The position numbers and the translations under genes are program-made. DNA of 64,000 nucleotides from sequence record MF360958.1. One strand, 5' to 3'. A model generated the notes under the pieces. It was not told where the DNA came from, searched no databases, and saw only the letters and a program-made list of their open reading frames with translations. Below are positions 35,851 to 45,104 of the stretch, one piece after another (position 1 is the first letter of the stretch; each line of letters starts with the position of its first letter).

Positions 35851-37217
35851 ATATTAACAACTTTTTTCTAAACACCGATTCTTACAAATTAAGCCATTTT
35901 AAAATGTATCCTAAAAATACAGAAAAGATGTATTTTTATATTGAAAGCCGTGGTGGTCGATTTGAAAATCAAATTTTCTTTGGGCTCCAATATTGGATTA
36001 AAAATCTACAGAATAACTTCCCAACTATGAATGATGTGGAAGAAGCTAATGAGCTAAGTAAAGCTCACGGAGTTCCATTTAATTACGAAGGAGCTAAGAA
36101 ACTAGTCGAGAAAGGGCATTTCCCCATTCGTATTAAAGCAGTTCCAGAAGGCACTGTTATTAATTACAAAAATGTAATGGTAACGGTTGAAACAACCGAT
36201 CCTGAATTTTATTGGCTTGCTTCCTATCTAGAAACATCACTTCTACGAGATATTTGGTTTGGTACCGCTGTAGCTACATACAGTTATCAGTGTAAAAAAG
36301 TTATCGAACAGTATCTTGAAGAAACCAATGATAATAAAGAAACACTACCTATTAAGCTGCATGATTTTGGGTCTCGTGGCGTATCAACCCATGAAGGTTG
36401 TGGTGTAGCAGGCATGGCGCATCTAGTTAACTTCATTGGTACTGATAATTTAACATCAATTAGTTTTGCGGATAAGTACTATAACAGTGGTGTATGTGGA
36501 ATTACCATTCCAGCAGCCGAACATAGTACAATCTGTGCTTATGGTAAGGATCATGAACAGAAAGCATACGAAAATATCATGAATAAATATCCTACGGGAC
36601 TTCTTTCAATTGTATCCGATACATACGATCTTGATAATGCGGTACGTAACATCTTTGGTGAAAATCTCAAAGATCAGATCCTTTCAAGAGATGGTACTGT
36701 GGTAATCCGCCCCGATAGTGGTGAACCATCTGAAATTGTTCCAAAAGTACTCAATATTCTTTGGGAAAAATTTGGTGGTGAACATAACACTAAAGGTTAT
36801 GCGGTATTGAATGATAAAGTGCGTGTTATCCAAGGTGATGGTGTATCCTATGAATCCATTGGAGAAATTCTTGAAGCTGTTAAACAAGCTGGATTTTCAA
36901 CTGATAACCTTGCTCTAGGCATGGGTGGTCAGCTTCTTCAAGCGCATAATCGTGACGATCTAAAATTTGCAATGAAGTGTTCAAATCTTGAAATCGATGG
37001 ACAAAGTATTGATGTTTATAAAGATCCTGCTACTGATTCTTCGAAACGCTCCAAAAAAGGGCGTCTCGCTCTCATTGAAAATGGTAATGGATCATTTAGT
37101 ACCGTAGCAGAAGATTACACAACGGGCGATATGAACGTTCTCAGGACCGTTTATGAAGATGGTAAACTGCAAGTAGATGATGATTTTGAAACGGTGCGTT
37201 CACGCCAAAATCGATAA
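35847..37217 (+). CDS. nadV: Nicotinamide phosphoribosyltransferase
   Basis: TDSYKLSH, FFGLQY, LHDFGSRG, AHLVNF.GTD, IPAAEHST, SIVSDTYD, VVIRPDSG, VIQGDGV, GMGGQLLQ, KSKKGR-like end. Confidence 0.97.
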   Translation: MNINNFFLNTDSYKLSHFKMYPKNTEKMYFYIESRGGRFENQIFFGLQYWIKNLQNNFPTMNDVEEANELSKAHGVPFNYEGAKKLVEKGHFPIRIKAVPEGTVINYKNVMVTVETTDPEFYWLASYLETSLLRDIWFGTAVATYSYQCKKVIEQYLEETNDNKETLPIKLHDFGSRGVSTHEGCGVAGMAHLVNFIGTDNLTSISFADKYYNSGVCGITIPAAEHSTICAYGKDHEQKAYENIMNKYPTGLLSIVSDTYDLDNAVRNIFGENLKDQILSRDGTVVIRPDSGEPSEIVPKVLNILWEKFGGEHNTKGYAVLNDKVRVIQGDGVSYESIGEILEAVKQAGFSTDNLALGMGGQLLQAHNRDDLKFAMKCSNLEIDGQSIDVYKDPATDSSKRSKKGRLALIENGNGSFSTVAEDYTTGDMNVLRTVYEDGKLQVDDDFETVRSRQNR

Positions 37218-37245
37218 ACTATTGCATTAACCATAGAGGGAAAGT

Positions 37246-37275
37246 AAAATACCGGGAAATATTTCTCGGTATTTT
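37246..37275 (+). terminator. Intrinsic terminator after the NAD operon
   Basis: aaaataccggga-aatatt-tctcggtatttt. Confidence 0.7.
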
Positions 37276-37295
37276 TATATCGATTCCCTTCAATC

Positions 37296-38720
37296 ATGAG
37301 TATAAAATTACAATATACAGGACAAAACAATATGAGTAACGACAATACTTCTCTAATATTTAGGGATGAGCATTATGAGAATGGTTTTAATGCAGAAAAA
37401 ACTTTTCATCTTTATATTGTTCTTCCATGTATGAATATAATGAATTTTTATGATTATAATGCAAATCTAATGTCTTATGAGGATATTGATAATCAAACTC
37501 GTGAAATAATGGCTTCCTATAAAATAAGTAATTTTAATGAAGCACAACCATGGGCAAAGGAAGTTATAAAAAACTTTAATTACAATGATAAAGTTATAAA
37601 AGATAATCCATTTGGATTAAATAAAGCCTTAAATGAGCCTTATGAATTTTTTTACTATAGTGATATTCATAATGCTAATGAACATTATTGTATAGACTCA
37701 TCCAATAAACAGGTTTGTTTAAAAAAGTCTATATTTGATGACCTCTATTTTATCAGGGATAAAAATAATTTCGTTCGCCGTTTCAATGATATAAAATATG
37801 ACACTCACGTAGATAAGTTATATAATTCTATATTTTTACCACTATTTGTTGAAACTAATCAAATATTTTTTAACAAATGTATACAAAATAAGTTAAAGAA
37901 ATATAATGCTGAATATTATGGAACTAATATTGATTTAATTGAATCTAGTTTTACTATTCGCAAATTTCTTAATGATAAAGAACGATTTTCATTTAAACGT
38001 ATTAAAAACATTCTTCCTCAAATTAAGCAATTATATCCTTTTATACTTTCTAGAAATAGTTCTGAAAAATATAATATTGTAGAATTCAGTTTTGATTCTA
38101 AAAAGAAAATGTTAAGCTTTGAAAAGTTTTTAGAAAAAGAGTTTGATTTGTACAATGTTATTCGTTATCTAAATAATGATTTAGATAAAAATGCTATGAA
38201 TTTGAAAGATTACATTCTTCATTATGTATTCTCTCAAGACAAATTTGAGATAAACAATAATAGTTATTTAGGAGCAGTATCAATGACTGGTTGTCATCAA
38301 AGCACCAATCCTTCTTTTTTAAAATTATCGCAAATTCAGCAGATGTTCTCTAAATTCACGTATAATCATTCAAATGCTGAAACGATTAAAACGGTATTCT
38401 TTAGTTTTTTAAAAACAAGCTATGGAAATTGTGATATTGTGATTTTATTTAAATCGCCTACTAATAGGGATGAGTATGAAAAAATCTATAATCTTTATTT
38501 AAAAAAGTATATAAAACCTTTAGGTAATGTTGCTATGAAGTTACCAAAGAATGCTAATGATAAGACTTATTATGAATTGGAAATGTTTCCATTTGTGGTT
38601 GATAACCACAATGTTTTTAATCGTATAAAAATTGATGATAACCTCTATTCACTAATGGGTCAAATTCATGTGAACACAGATAATATCGATGAAATATATG
38701 AAAAATATATAAATCAATAG
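37296..38720 (+). CDS. Hypothetical protein (start may be 37332)
   Basis: Long ORF, no recognised motif. Confidence 0.75.
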   Translation: MSIKLQYTGQNNMSNDNTSLIFRDEHYENGFNAEKTFHLYIVLPCMNIMNFYDYNANLMSYEDIDNQTREIMASYKISNFNEAQPWAKEVIKNFNYNDKVIKDNPFGLNKALNEPYEFFYYSDIHNANEHYCIDSSNKQVCLKKSIFDDLYFIRDKNNFVRRFNDIKYDTHVDKLYNSIFLPLFVETNQIFFNKCIQNKLKKYNAEYYGTNIDLIESSFTIRKFLNDKERFSFKRIKNILPQIKQLYPFILSRNSSEKYNIVEFSFDSKKKMLSFEKFLEKEFDLYNVIRYLNNDLDKNAMNLKDYILHYVFSQDKFEINNNSYLGAVSMTGCHQSTNPSFLKLSQIQQMFSKFTYNHSNAETIKTVFFSFLKTSYGNCDIVILFKSPTNRDEYEKIYNLYLKKYIKPLGNVAMKLPKNANDKTYYELEMFPFVVDNHNVFNRIKIDDNLYSLMGQIHVNTDNIDEIYEKYINQ

Positions 38721-39235
38721 ATATAAATTTGTTGTTGAAAATTGCCTAATAATGTTTTGATTTCATCATTAAATTGATTAATACTAAAATAATCTTCACA
38801 ATCAATATCATATTCAATTAAAAATATTGGTTTATTGTTTTGGCGTACGGTTAAAGGGATAATGTTTTTAAAAATATTATCAACAATGTGAGAAGATGTA
38901 TTAACTAAAGATTTTGCTTGACAGTGGATAATAATATTAATAAATGATTGCCCTCTAAAAGAGTAGCTATTATTTAAGTTGCAAAAAATAGCGTCTTTAC
39001 TAATATTAAAATTAGTGTTTTTTGATTTTATACATTTACATAACTGTGTACTAAAGAAACTATTTTGAAATTCGCTACAAATCGCTATGCGTCCATTATT
39101 TTTATCATATAATGTTGATGTTATATTTGATATCATATCTAATTCATTATTAGTACCGTCATGACGATAATGTATACATAGAGGAGTTTCGTTACATATT
39201 ATTTTTTGATTAATAACATTGTTTATAAAATTCAT
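38714..39235 (-). CDS. Hypothetical protein
   Basis: 173-aa ORF with GAG RBS. Confidence 0.6.
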   Translation of the reverse strand: MNFINNVINQKIICNETPLCIHYRHDGTNNELDMISNITSTLYDKNNGRIAICSEFQNSFFSTQLCKCIKSKNTNFNISKDAIFCNLNNSYSFRGQSFINIIIHCQAKSLVNTSSHIVDNIFKNIIPLTVRQNNKPIFLIEYDIDCEDYFSINQFNDEIKTLLGNFQQQIYIY

Positions 39236-39243
39236 AGAGACTC

Positions 39244-39272
39244 TTGACTTATTTTTTTAATTACACTATAAT
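39244..39272 (+). promoter_or_regulatory. Sigma70-type promoter
   Basis: TTGACT-N17-TATAAT. Confidence 0.8.
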
Positions 39273-39315
39273 TAGCTTAATTCAATAACCTAAATTGTCA
39301 ACAGGATTTCAAACT

Positions 39316-40164
39316 ATGTCGGATTTTAAAGAACTGGATAAAAACGATTTTAAAAAACAATTTCGCTTAAAACACATCATGGGTGATGTGCAGCCTGAAG
39401 GTATGCACCGTCACCAAACATTTTTTCAAGTATCTGAAGAAGATATCATGCGAAAAAACAGTAGTGTGATGCATAATGTTTTCGACAATATCAAGCGTGT
39501 TGGATCAACATCATTTACGGGTAGTAATATTATTAGTTTAATCAACCAAAGAGTTGAAAAGGGTGCATATACTACGGGCAGAACCATTCATATATACGCT
39601 AAAGTATGTAAGATGATTGAAAATTTCTACGCTACTGATAATGAATGCATCGTTATCACTGTTATAATGAATGATAACGATGAATTTGAAATTGACGAAT
39701 ATATTCCCTCATCGATTACTAATGCAAAAGATTATATTCGAGAAAAACATAATTACAATCCTAAAGTGTTTACTGCTGTTTTTATTAAAAATGTGATTGA
39801 TAATACAGAGACAATTAGTAAAACCATTAGTGAAAAATATAATTGTGCCGTTCATATAAGTAATAATAATAATTTCATGGGATATTTTTATCAGATTTCT
39901 ATTGATCTAAATAAATTGTCTGAGAAAAATATTGAAAAAATTCTCGAATTATATAGCAATTATAAAACACAAATGAAGTATAAAAATGAAACTAAACGTT
40001 ATCTGAATAAAAAACGAAAAGTAGTACAGCAAAATGTTAAAAAGCCACGATCTATTAAGATTTTTACAGATAAGATTAGTTGTATTCATAAACTTAAAAT
40101 TGCGGATATAATTGTGAGAAACCTTACAGTCAATGTTTCGCAAGAAGGTCTTAAAGAATGGTAA
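39316..40164 (+). CDS. Hypothetical protein
   Basis: AGGA RBS before the ATG at 39316; downstream of a consensus promoter. Confidence 0.75.
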   Translation: MSDFKELDKNDFKKQFRLKHIMGDVQPEGMHRHQTFFQVSEEDIMRKNSSVMHNVFDNIKRVGSTSFTGSNIISLINQRVEKGAYTTGRTIHIYAKVCKMIENFYATDNECIVITVIMNDNDEFEIDEYIPSSITNAKDYIREKHNYNPKVFTAVFIKNVIDNTETISKTISEKYNCAVHISNNNNFMGYFYQISIDLNKLSEKNIEKILELYSNYKTQMKYKNETKRYLNKKRKVVQQNVKKPRSIKIFTDKISCIHKLKIADIIVRNLTVNVSQEGLKEW

Positions 40165-40169
40165 CATTT

Positions 40170-40210
40170 AATTTTCCCCTAAATACTTAAAATAAGTTTA
40201 GGGGAAAATT
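40170..40210 (+). promoter_or_regulatory. RBS-sequestering hairpin overlapping a late-promoter-like TAAATA
   Basis: aattttcccctaaa[ta]ctta-aaa-taagtttaggggaaaatt; the AGGGGA RBS is in the right arm and TAAATA (40180-40185) in the left arm. Confidence 0.6.
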
Positions 40211-40213
40211 TCA

Positions 40214-41311
40214 ATGCTTATCAAACATGTATTAAATGAATCAGCAAAAGATGACATAGAGATTCTTATAAATATTGCTGACATTATTATTTCAAAACTT
40301 CCTTCACGTATAAGTAAAAATGATTCCATTTCGATAAGTTATGAATCATTATCTAATTCATATAAAATACCTCCCGGCTTGCCTGATAAGTATAAAAATT
40401 ATTATGATATTCTGTTAAATGAAACAAGTTATTATTTTTCAAATTATGAAACCGATTTAGATTCACCTGCTGTTGGTGAATTTAAAGAAAGCGCTGTTTT
40501 AGATAATAATATTATAAATGTTTTTATTCCGGTATTATTAGGAGAAGCAGAAAATATTTCTAAAGATCGCTTAATATCTTTTTATAATCAAAATAGATCA
40601 ATTAAAACTTTCCGTAGTGTACTAATTCATGAAATGCGTCATGCTATACAAAATGATGAATATAAAGATTATTTTAACCAGTCAGCAGATGAAAACCCTT
40701 ATGAGAATGATCCTGTTGAAATTGATGCGGCATGGATGCACCATTTAAATGATTTTGATGTTAATAATTACGATAATGCACAGAATTACGTAAATGCTGT
40801 GATGAAATCATTTTCAAATTACAAGTATCTTTCTAAAAAACAAAAAGAACATTATCGGAGAAAAACAGTACGATATTATTATGAACATAGAGAAGATAAT
40901 AAAGAACATGTTGATATTGAAACTCGGAAAATGAATAAAATTTATTCTTATATTGAAAATGATAAAAATGAAATTCTAAAAGGTTTTGATGCGCTCAGTA
41001 AAGATCTTAGAGAATATGGCCATCCTGAGTCTCAACGTTTTCTATTACCAAAAGATAATTTTCGTAAATTACTTTTTAGGGTGTTAAATAATCCTGAAAG
41101 TGTAAAAGATAATTCTAATTTATATATTATATTTTCAATATTACCTTTAATTTACCAACATTACAAATTTAATATAGTAAATTTAGAAAAGTATTTTAAA
41201 GCTTTATTCGAGATTGATTCAAATAAAGCTTTAAAATTAATACAAACTAAAGGTGTTGGTCCTTTGGATGAAGAATTTTTTATTGATAAAATCAAGGAGA
41301 TATTTAAATGA
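40214..41311 (+). CDS. Zincin-like metallopeptidase-motif protein, putative internal head protein
   Basis: LIHEMRHAIQ (HExxH) and downstream PVEIDA; N-terminal LNE cleavage motif. Confidence 0.6.
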   Translation: MLIKHVLNESAKDDIEILINIADIIISKLPSRISKNDSISISYESLSNSYKIPPGLPDKYKNYYDILLNETSYYFSNYETDLDSPAVGEFKESAVLDNNIINVFIPVLLGEAENISKDRLISFYNQNRSIKTFRSVLIHEMRHAIQNDEYKDYFNQSADENPYENDPVEIDAAWMHHLNDFDVNNYDNAQNYVNAVMKSFSNYKYLSKKQKEHYRRKTVRYYYEHREDNKEHVDIETRKMNKIYSYIENDKNEILKGFDALSKDLREYGHPESQRFLLPKDNFRKLLFRVLNNPESVKDNSNLYIIFSILPLIYQHYKFNIVNLEKYFKALFEIDSNKALKLIQTKGVGPLDEEFFIDKIKEIFK

Positions 41312-42009
41312 AAATAAAAGATTTAATGGAAGCGCCAATCAGTAAAAATCTACTCTATCATGGTGTTCGAATTGAGTATGCTGTTGAACAGTTAAAGAAT
41401 AATTCCATAGAAGGCCATACTAATCAACGTGTATGGTATGATGGTCTGCGTCGTACTGAAGATGATCCCGAATATCAACAATCATGGACACTTTCTGGTC
41501 TTTCTGCAACACGTGACATTAGTATTGCTAGTGGTTTTGGCGATGTTATCTATGTTTTTAATCGTGATAAAATCAATGATAATTATAAGATAATTCCGTA
41601 TAATTGGGGATATCATATTTCAAAAAAACTTAATTCAGATTCAAAAAATGATGATTTTGAACGTATTCGTAAAGCTTCTCATAAGCGTGAAAAAGAAGAA
41701 TTCATTATAACAGGATTAACCAAGCGTTCATTTGAACAAGCTAGAGAGATGTGGGGCGAATTATCTGAAATCGAATCGGATGAAGAATATGAACGATTAA
41801 AAGCTGAAATGGGTGATGATCTTATGGCTTTCATGTTCCCCACTAAAGGTGCTTTAAAACCACTGGATAAATTTATTGAAGGAATCTATTTTTCTAGTAG
41901 CAATCTCGATATTCATAAAAAGTACTCATCTGAGAAATTAGAATATATAACAAATCATCCGAAGTTTAAAGGTTATATAGATAAACCTAAAAAGAAGAGT
42001 CAAAAGTAG
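41308..42009 (+). CDS. Putative ADP-ribosyltransferase-fold internal head protein
   Basis: LYHG (strand 1), GLSATRD (S-x-T), REKEEF (ExE); N-terminal MKIKDLME. Confidence 0.5.
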   Translation: MKIKDLMEAPISKNLLYHGVRIEYAVEQLKNNSIEGHTNQRVWYDGLRRTEDDPEYQQSWTLSGLSATRDISIASGFGDVIYVFNRDKINDNYKIIPYNWGYHISKKLNSDSKNDDFERIRKASHKREKEEFIITGLTKRSFEQAREMWGELSEIESDEEYERLKAEMGDDLMAFMFPTKGALKPLDKFIEGIYFSSSNLDIHKKYSSEKLEYITNHPKFKGYIDKPKKKSQK

Positions 42010-42373
42010 TATAGTAAACTCTTTTAATACCTGCTTCTTTAATGGCTTCTTCGCAAATCTCACAGGGCTTAGCCATAGCTGGTTCATTATTATGGGTTAC
42101 CCTAGCAACATAAATTGCATAAGGCTTACAGCGATTAGAGGAACGCACACAGCGTATAATTGCATTCATCTCTGCATGAAGGAAAATCGCTTCTTCTCTG
42201 TTAACTTTCTGAGCATAGTGAAATTGTATAGGATGTGTTTTGGTATAGCTATTTGCGCCTTCCGCAATAACCCTGCCTTTTTTATCAGTAACAATTGCGT
42301 ACAAACGTGTTTGGTTTGAAATGTAAGGAAGTTCGGATGCTTTTTTAATGGCCTCGTTAATCATGGTAACCAT
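41987..42373 (-). CDS. Zinc-dependent nucleotide/nucleic-acid deaminase
   Basis: LHAEMNAI (HAE) and AKPCEIC (PCxxC), GIKRVYYT. Confidence 0.85.
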   Translation of the reverse strand: MVTMINEAIKKASELPYISNQTRLYAIVTDKKGRVIAEGANSYTKTHPIQFHYAQKVNREEAIFLHAEMNAIIRCVRSSNRCKPYAIYVARVTHNNEPAMAKPCEICEEAIKEAGIKRVYYTTFDSSF

Positions 42374-42392
42374 TCTAGTAAAAATTTAAAGA

Positions 42393-42920
42393 TTAATCAA
42401 TAGTATTTTTTTCAAATCCATGCTTGATTTTTAATTTTTTGTATTCTCTTTGAAAATGTATTGAACGTTTTTCTAATGGTTTATTTTTGAAAACTATATC
42501 ATGAATAATGATATCCCAACTCAATTCTAACGCTGTTAATTCAAGATCTTCGGTCACTATATCTTTTAAATAACATAATGAGTAAGGACAGTTTTCAATA
42601 GAAAACTTCATTATTTCATATGTTGGATTTTCAACACATGACACAGAACGAAATTCTGATTTCATAGCTTCCTTATACACATCATCATCAACTTGATTAT
42701 AGTTTAAATGTCGTAAATTAAAACCATTTCCTTGAACATATTTGATAATAACACTTTTGGAAGGATTTTTTATAAATTTAAAGTTAGATTGATCATGCTC
42801 AACCGCTAAAAGTTGTACTTGTTCTGTAGGATTTTTAATTATTTTTAAAATTTCTTCAGGTTGCATCCTGACGAGATATAGTTGATCTTCTTCTGAGAAT
42901 TCTTGTTGAATATCATCCAT
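42393..42920 (-). CDS. Helical-repeat (I.NPT..Q..AV) protein, short paralog copy 2
   Basis: Repeats IKNPTEQVQLLAV and IKNPSKSV; aligns by eye with 43724-44257. Confidence 0.75.
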   Translation of the reverse strand: MDDIQQEFSEEDQLYLVRMQPEEILKIIKNPTEQVQLLAVEHDQSNFKFIKNPSKSVIIKYVQGNGFNLRHLNYNQVDDDVYKEAMKSEFRSVSCVENPTYEIMKFSIENCPYSLCYLKDIVTEDLELTALELSWDIIIHDIVFKNKPLEKRSIHFQREYKKLKIKHGFEKNTID

Positions 42921-43734
42921 GTTCTTTACTCAATTTAAGTTTTTTTACTTTATGGTTTAGCCATTTACTTTGAGAGCCACCCATTTTGTTCATTATAATG
43001 TCATATACATCGTCTGTAAATGGTCCACCACCATAATACCAGTATCGATTCAACACTTCTAATTTTAATTCATCATGAAGTTCAATGTTTGCTTCGTATA
43101 TTGCAAAAACACATTCCAGAGATTTTTTTATAGCAAATTCCAACGTTTCATATGTTGGATTGTTAATCCATTGTATGGATACCCGATTCTTTTTCACAGA
43201 AACTATTTGTGTTTCAGTATCCATATCTTTTATCTGTTTAATAATTTCTTTTCTAGGCCAATTCTTTATAAAATCTTGCTGCACTCCATTAGATTTTAAT
43301 TTGATTTTACCTAGCACATCAGTGACAACATCAACAGATTTACTTCTGCATAATATATAGATAAATCTTTCTAAATTATCATCAATATTGATATTGATAT
43401 AATCTATTTCATCAGGAAGATTTTCAATTAATGCCTTTCTAATTAAAGCGTAATTTTGATTTTTAATGAATCCCAATATAGGAATCTTTTCATTATTATA
43501 ATAACCATTATAATGAAGATTCACAGCGTATAATGACAGTTCATCATGAATGTCATCAATATACTGAATGATGTAATGGTCATTAGTAATTGCTATATAA
43601 TTGAGTAAAAACTTTAAATTCTCATAACTGTTAATAGAATAACAATTCTTTACATAATGATGTTTTCCATTATATGGTATCAACTTTGTTGACAATAATG
43701 ATATATTAAGATTAAGTAAATTATTAGAAATCAT
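42913..43734 (-). CDS. Helical-repeat protein, long paralog copy 2
   Basis: Aligns by eye with 44266-45099 (INNPTYETLEFAI..SLEC; IIM.K..G.QS.WL). Confidence 0.75.
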   Translation of the reverse strand: MISNNLLNLNISLLSTKLIPYNGKHHYVKNCYSINSYENLKFLLNYIAITNDHYIIQYIDDIHDELSLYAVNLHYNGYYNNEKIPILGFIKNQNYALIRKALIENLPDEIDYININIDDNLERFIYILCRSKSVDVVTDVLGKIKLKSNGVQQDFIKNWPRKEIIKQIKDMDTETQIVSVKKNRVSIQWINNPTYETLEFAIKKSLECVFAIYEANIELHDELKLEVLNRYWYYGGGPFTDDVYDIIMNKMGGSQSKWLNHKVKKLKLSKEHG

Positions 43735-44257
43735 TGTTTATCTCATATTCTGGTATAGGTCCATATTTCAATTTCAGTAATTTAAGTTGTTTCTTAAACC
43801 AATCGGATTTATATTGTAACTTGTTTTCACCGCAAATGTGACCATAGACTGATGGATGCCATTTTCGTTCTAGAGCGTATAGTTCTATATCTTCCCCATA
43901 ATTTTTGACAGGAAAGAACAATATAGCAGCGCCTTTATTATCTAAAGCAGTTTTCATAAGCTCATGAGAAGGATTAGACACATACGCTATAACACAACCG
44001 TTGTTTCTAACAGCTTCAAAAATAACGTTTGGTGTTTTAAATTGCTCATCGATGTATTTCAGAATGTACGGATAACGTCTAGCCACTTCGATACATACAG
44101 GCTCGGTTGGATTTTTTATATCGGGGAATAATCCAATGTTGTGATTGATACAATAATATTGGATAGACTCAGTAGGATTATCGATCTCTTTGATCCAATT
44201 TGGATCTCTTCGCACGAGATCAAATTGTTGGTCTTCTGTAAGTTCATTACTATTCAT
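43724..44257 (-). CDS. Helical-repeat protein, short paralog copy 1
   Basis: IDNPTESIQ, IKNPTEPVC, VSNPSHELM repeats. Confidence 0.75.
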   Translation of the reverse strand: MNSNELTEDQQFDLVRRDPNWIKEIDNPTESIQYYCINHNIGLFPDIKNPTEPVCIEVARRYPYILKYIDEQFKTPNVIFEAVRNNGCVIAYVSNPSHELMKTALDNKGAAILFFPVKNYGEDIELYALERKWHPSVYGHICGENKLQYKSDWFKKQLKLLKLKYGPIPEYEINNDF

Positions 44258-44265
44258 ATAGTTAC

Positions 44266-45099
44266 CTATGATATTGATCGTTCAATTTTTAATTTATGAA
44301 CTTCCTTTCTCAACCATGGAGATTGATTACCTTTTAATTTATCCATGATTATACGATATATTTCTTCTGAAATATGTTCAAATCCATTAGTCATCCAGTA
44401 TTGCTCCATAGCAAAGTATTTTATTTCATCGTCTAATCCAATATTAAGATCTGAAACAGCAAAAAGACATTGTAATGAACAGGATATAGCCAATTGAAGC
44501 ATATCTTGTGTTGGATTTTCAATATGCTCTATTAACAATGGATTACATTTGATAGCATGATAATTCAAATTGTCATTCATTTCTCCTAATGTGAGGATTG
44601 TTGACTTTTTAGGACATAATTCAATGAATCGAAATTTAATATCATCGTCAATATGAACATCGCTTAAACATAATAGTACGAAATGTATTTCTGTAGCTTT
44701 TCTATAGTGGTGGTTATTAAGAAGATATATTTGCAAATCACGATCTAAAAAATCTTTTTCAACTCGGCTAAGCTCCAATAAGTTTTTATCAATTGCTTTT
44801 TTGATAATATTTTTATTTTGCTTTTTAATATAATTTTCTAATATATTTTTCTCATCATTTCGGTGTTTGTAACCATACGGCGAATCGTAATACACATCGA
44901 TAGCCAGATAACATAGTTCATCAGAAGGGTTGTTAATTAAACGTATTACTGTAGGATCATTATATACCGCAATCTGATTAAGTATGGTTTTTATTTCAAG
45001 ACAGTTTATTGAAAAGTAGCCATACAATTCTATAATTGAGTATGACTTTTCAATATATTTTAAACTTAATTTAGAATAATCATATAATTTCTTATCCAC
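44266..45099 (-). CDS. Helical-repeat protein, long paralog copy 1
   Basis: INNPSDELC, IENPTQDML repeats. Confidence 0.75.
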   Translation of the reverse strand: MDKKLYDYSKLSLKYIEKSYSIIELYGYFSINCLEIKTILNQIAVYNDPTVIRLINNPSDELCYLAIDVYYDSPYGYKHRNDEKNILENYIKKQNKNIIKKAIDKNLLELSRVEKDFLDRDLQIYLLNNHHYRKATEIHFVLLCLSDVHIDDDIKFRFIELCPKKSTILTLGEMNDNLNYHAIKCNPLLIEHIENPTQDMLQLAISCSLQCLFAVSDLNIGLDDEIKYFAMEQYWMTNGFEHISEEIYRIIMDKLKGNQSPWLRKEVHKLKIERSIS

Positions 45100-45104
45100 A
45101 ATAT

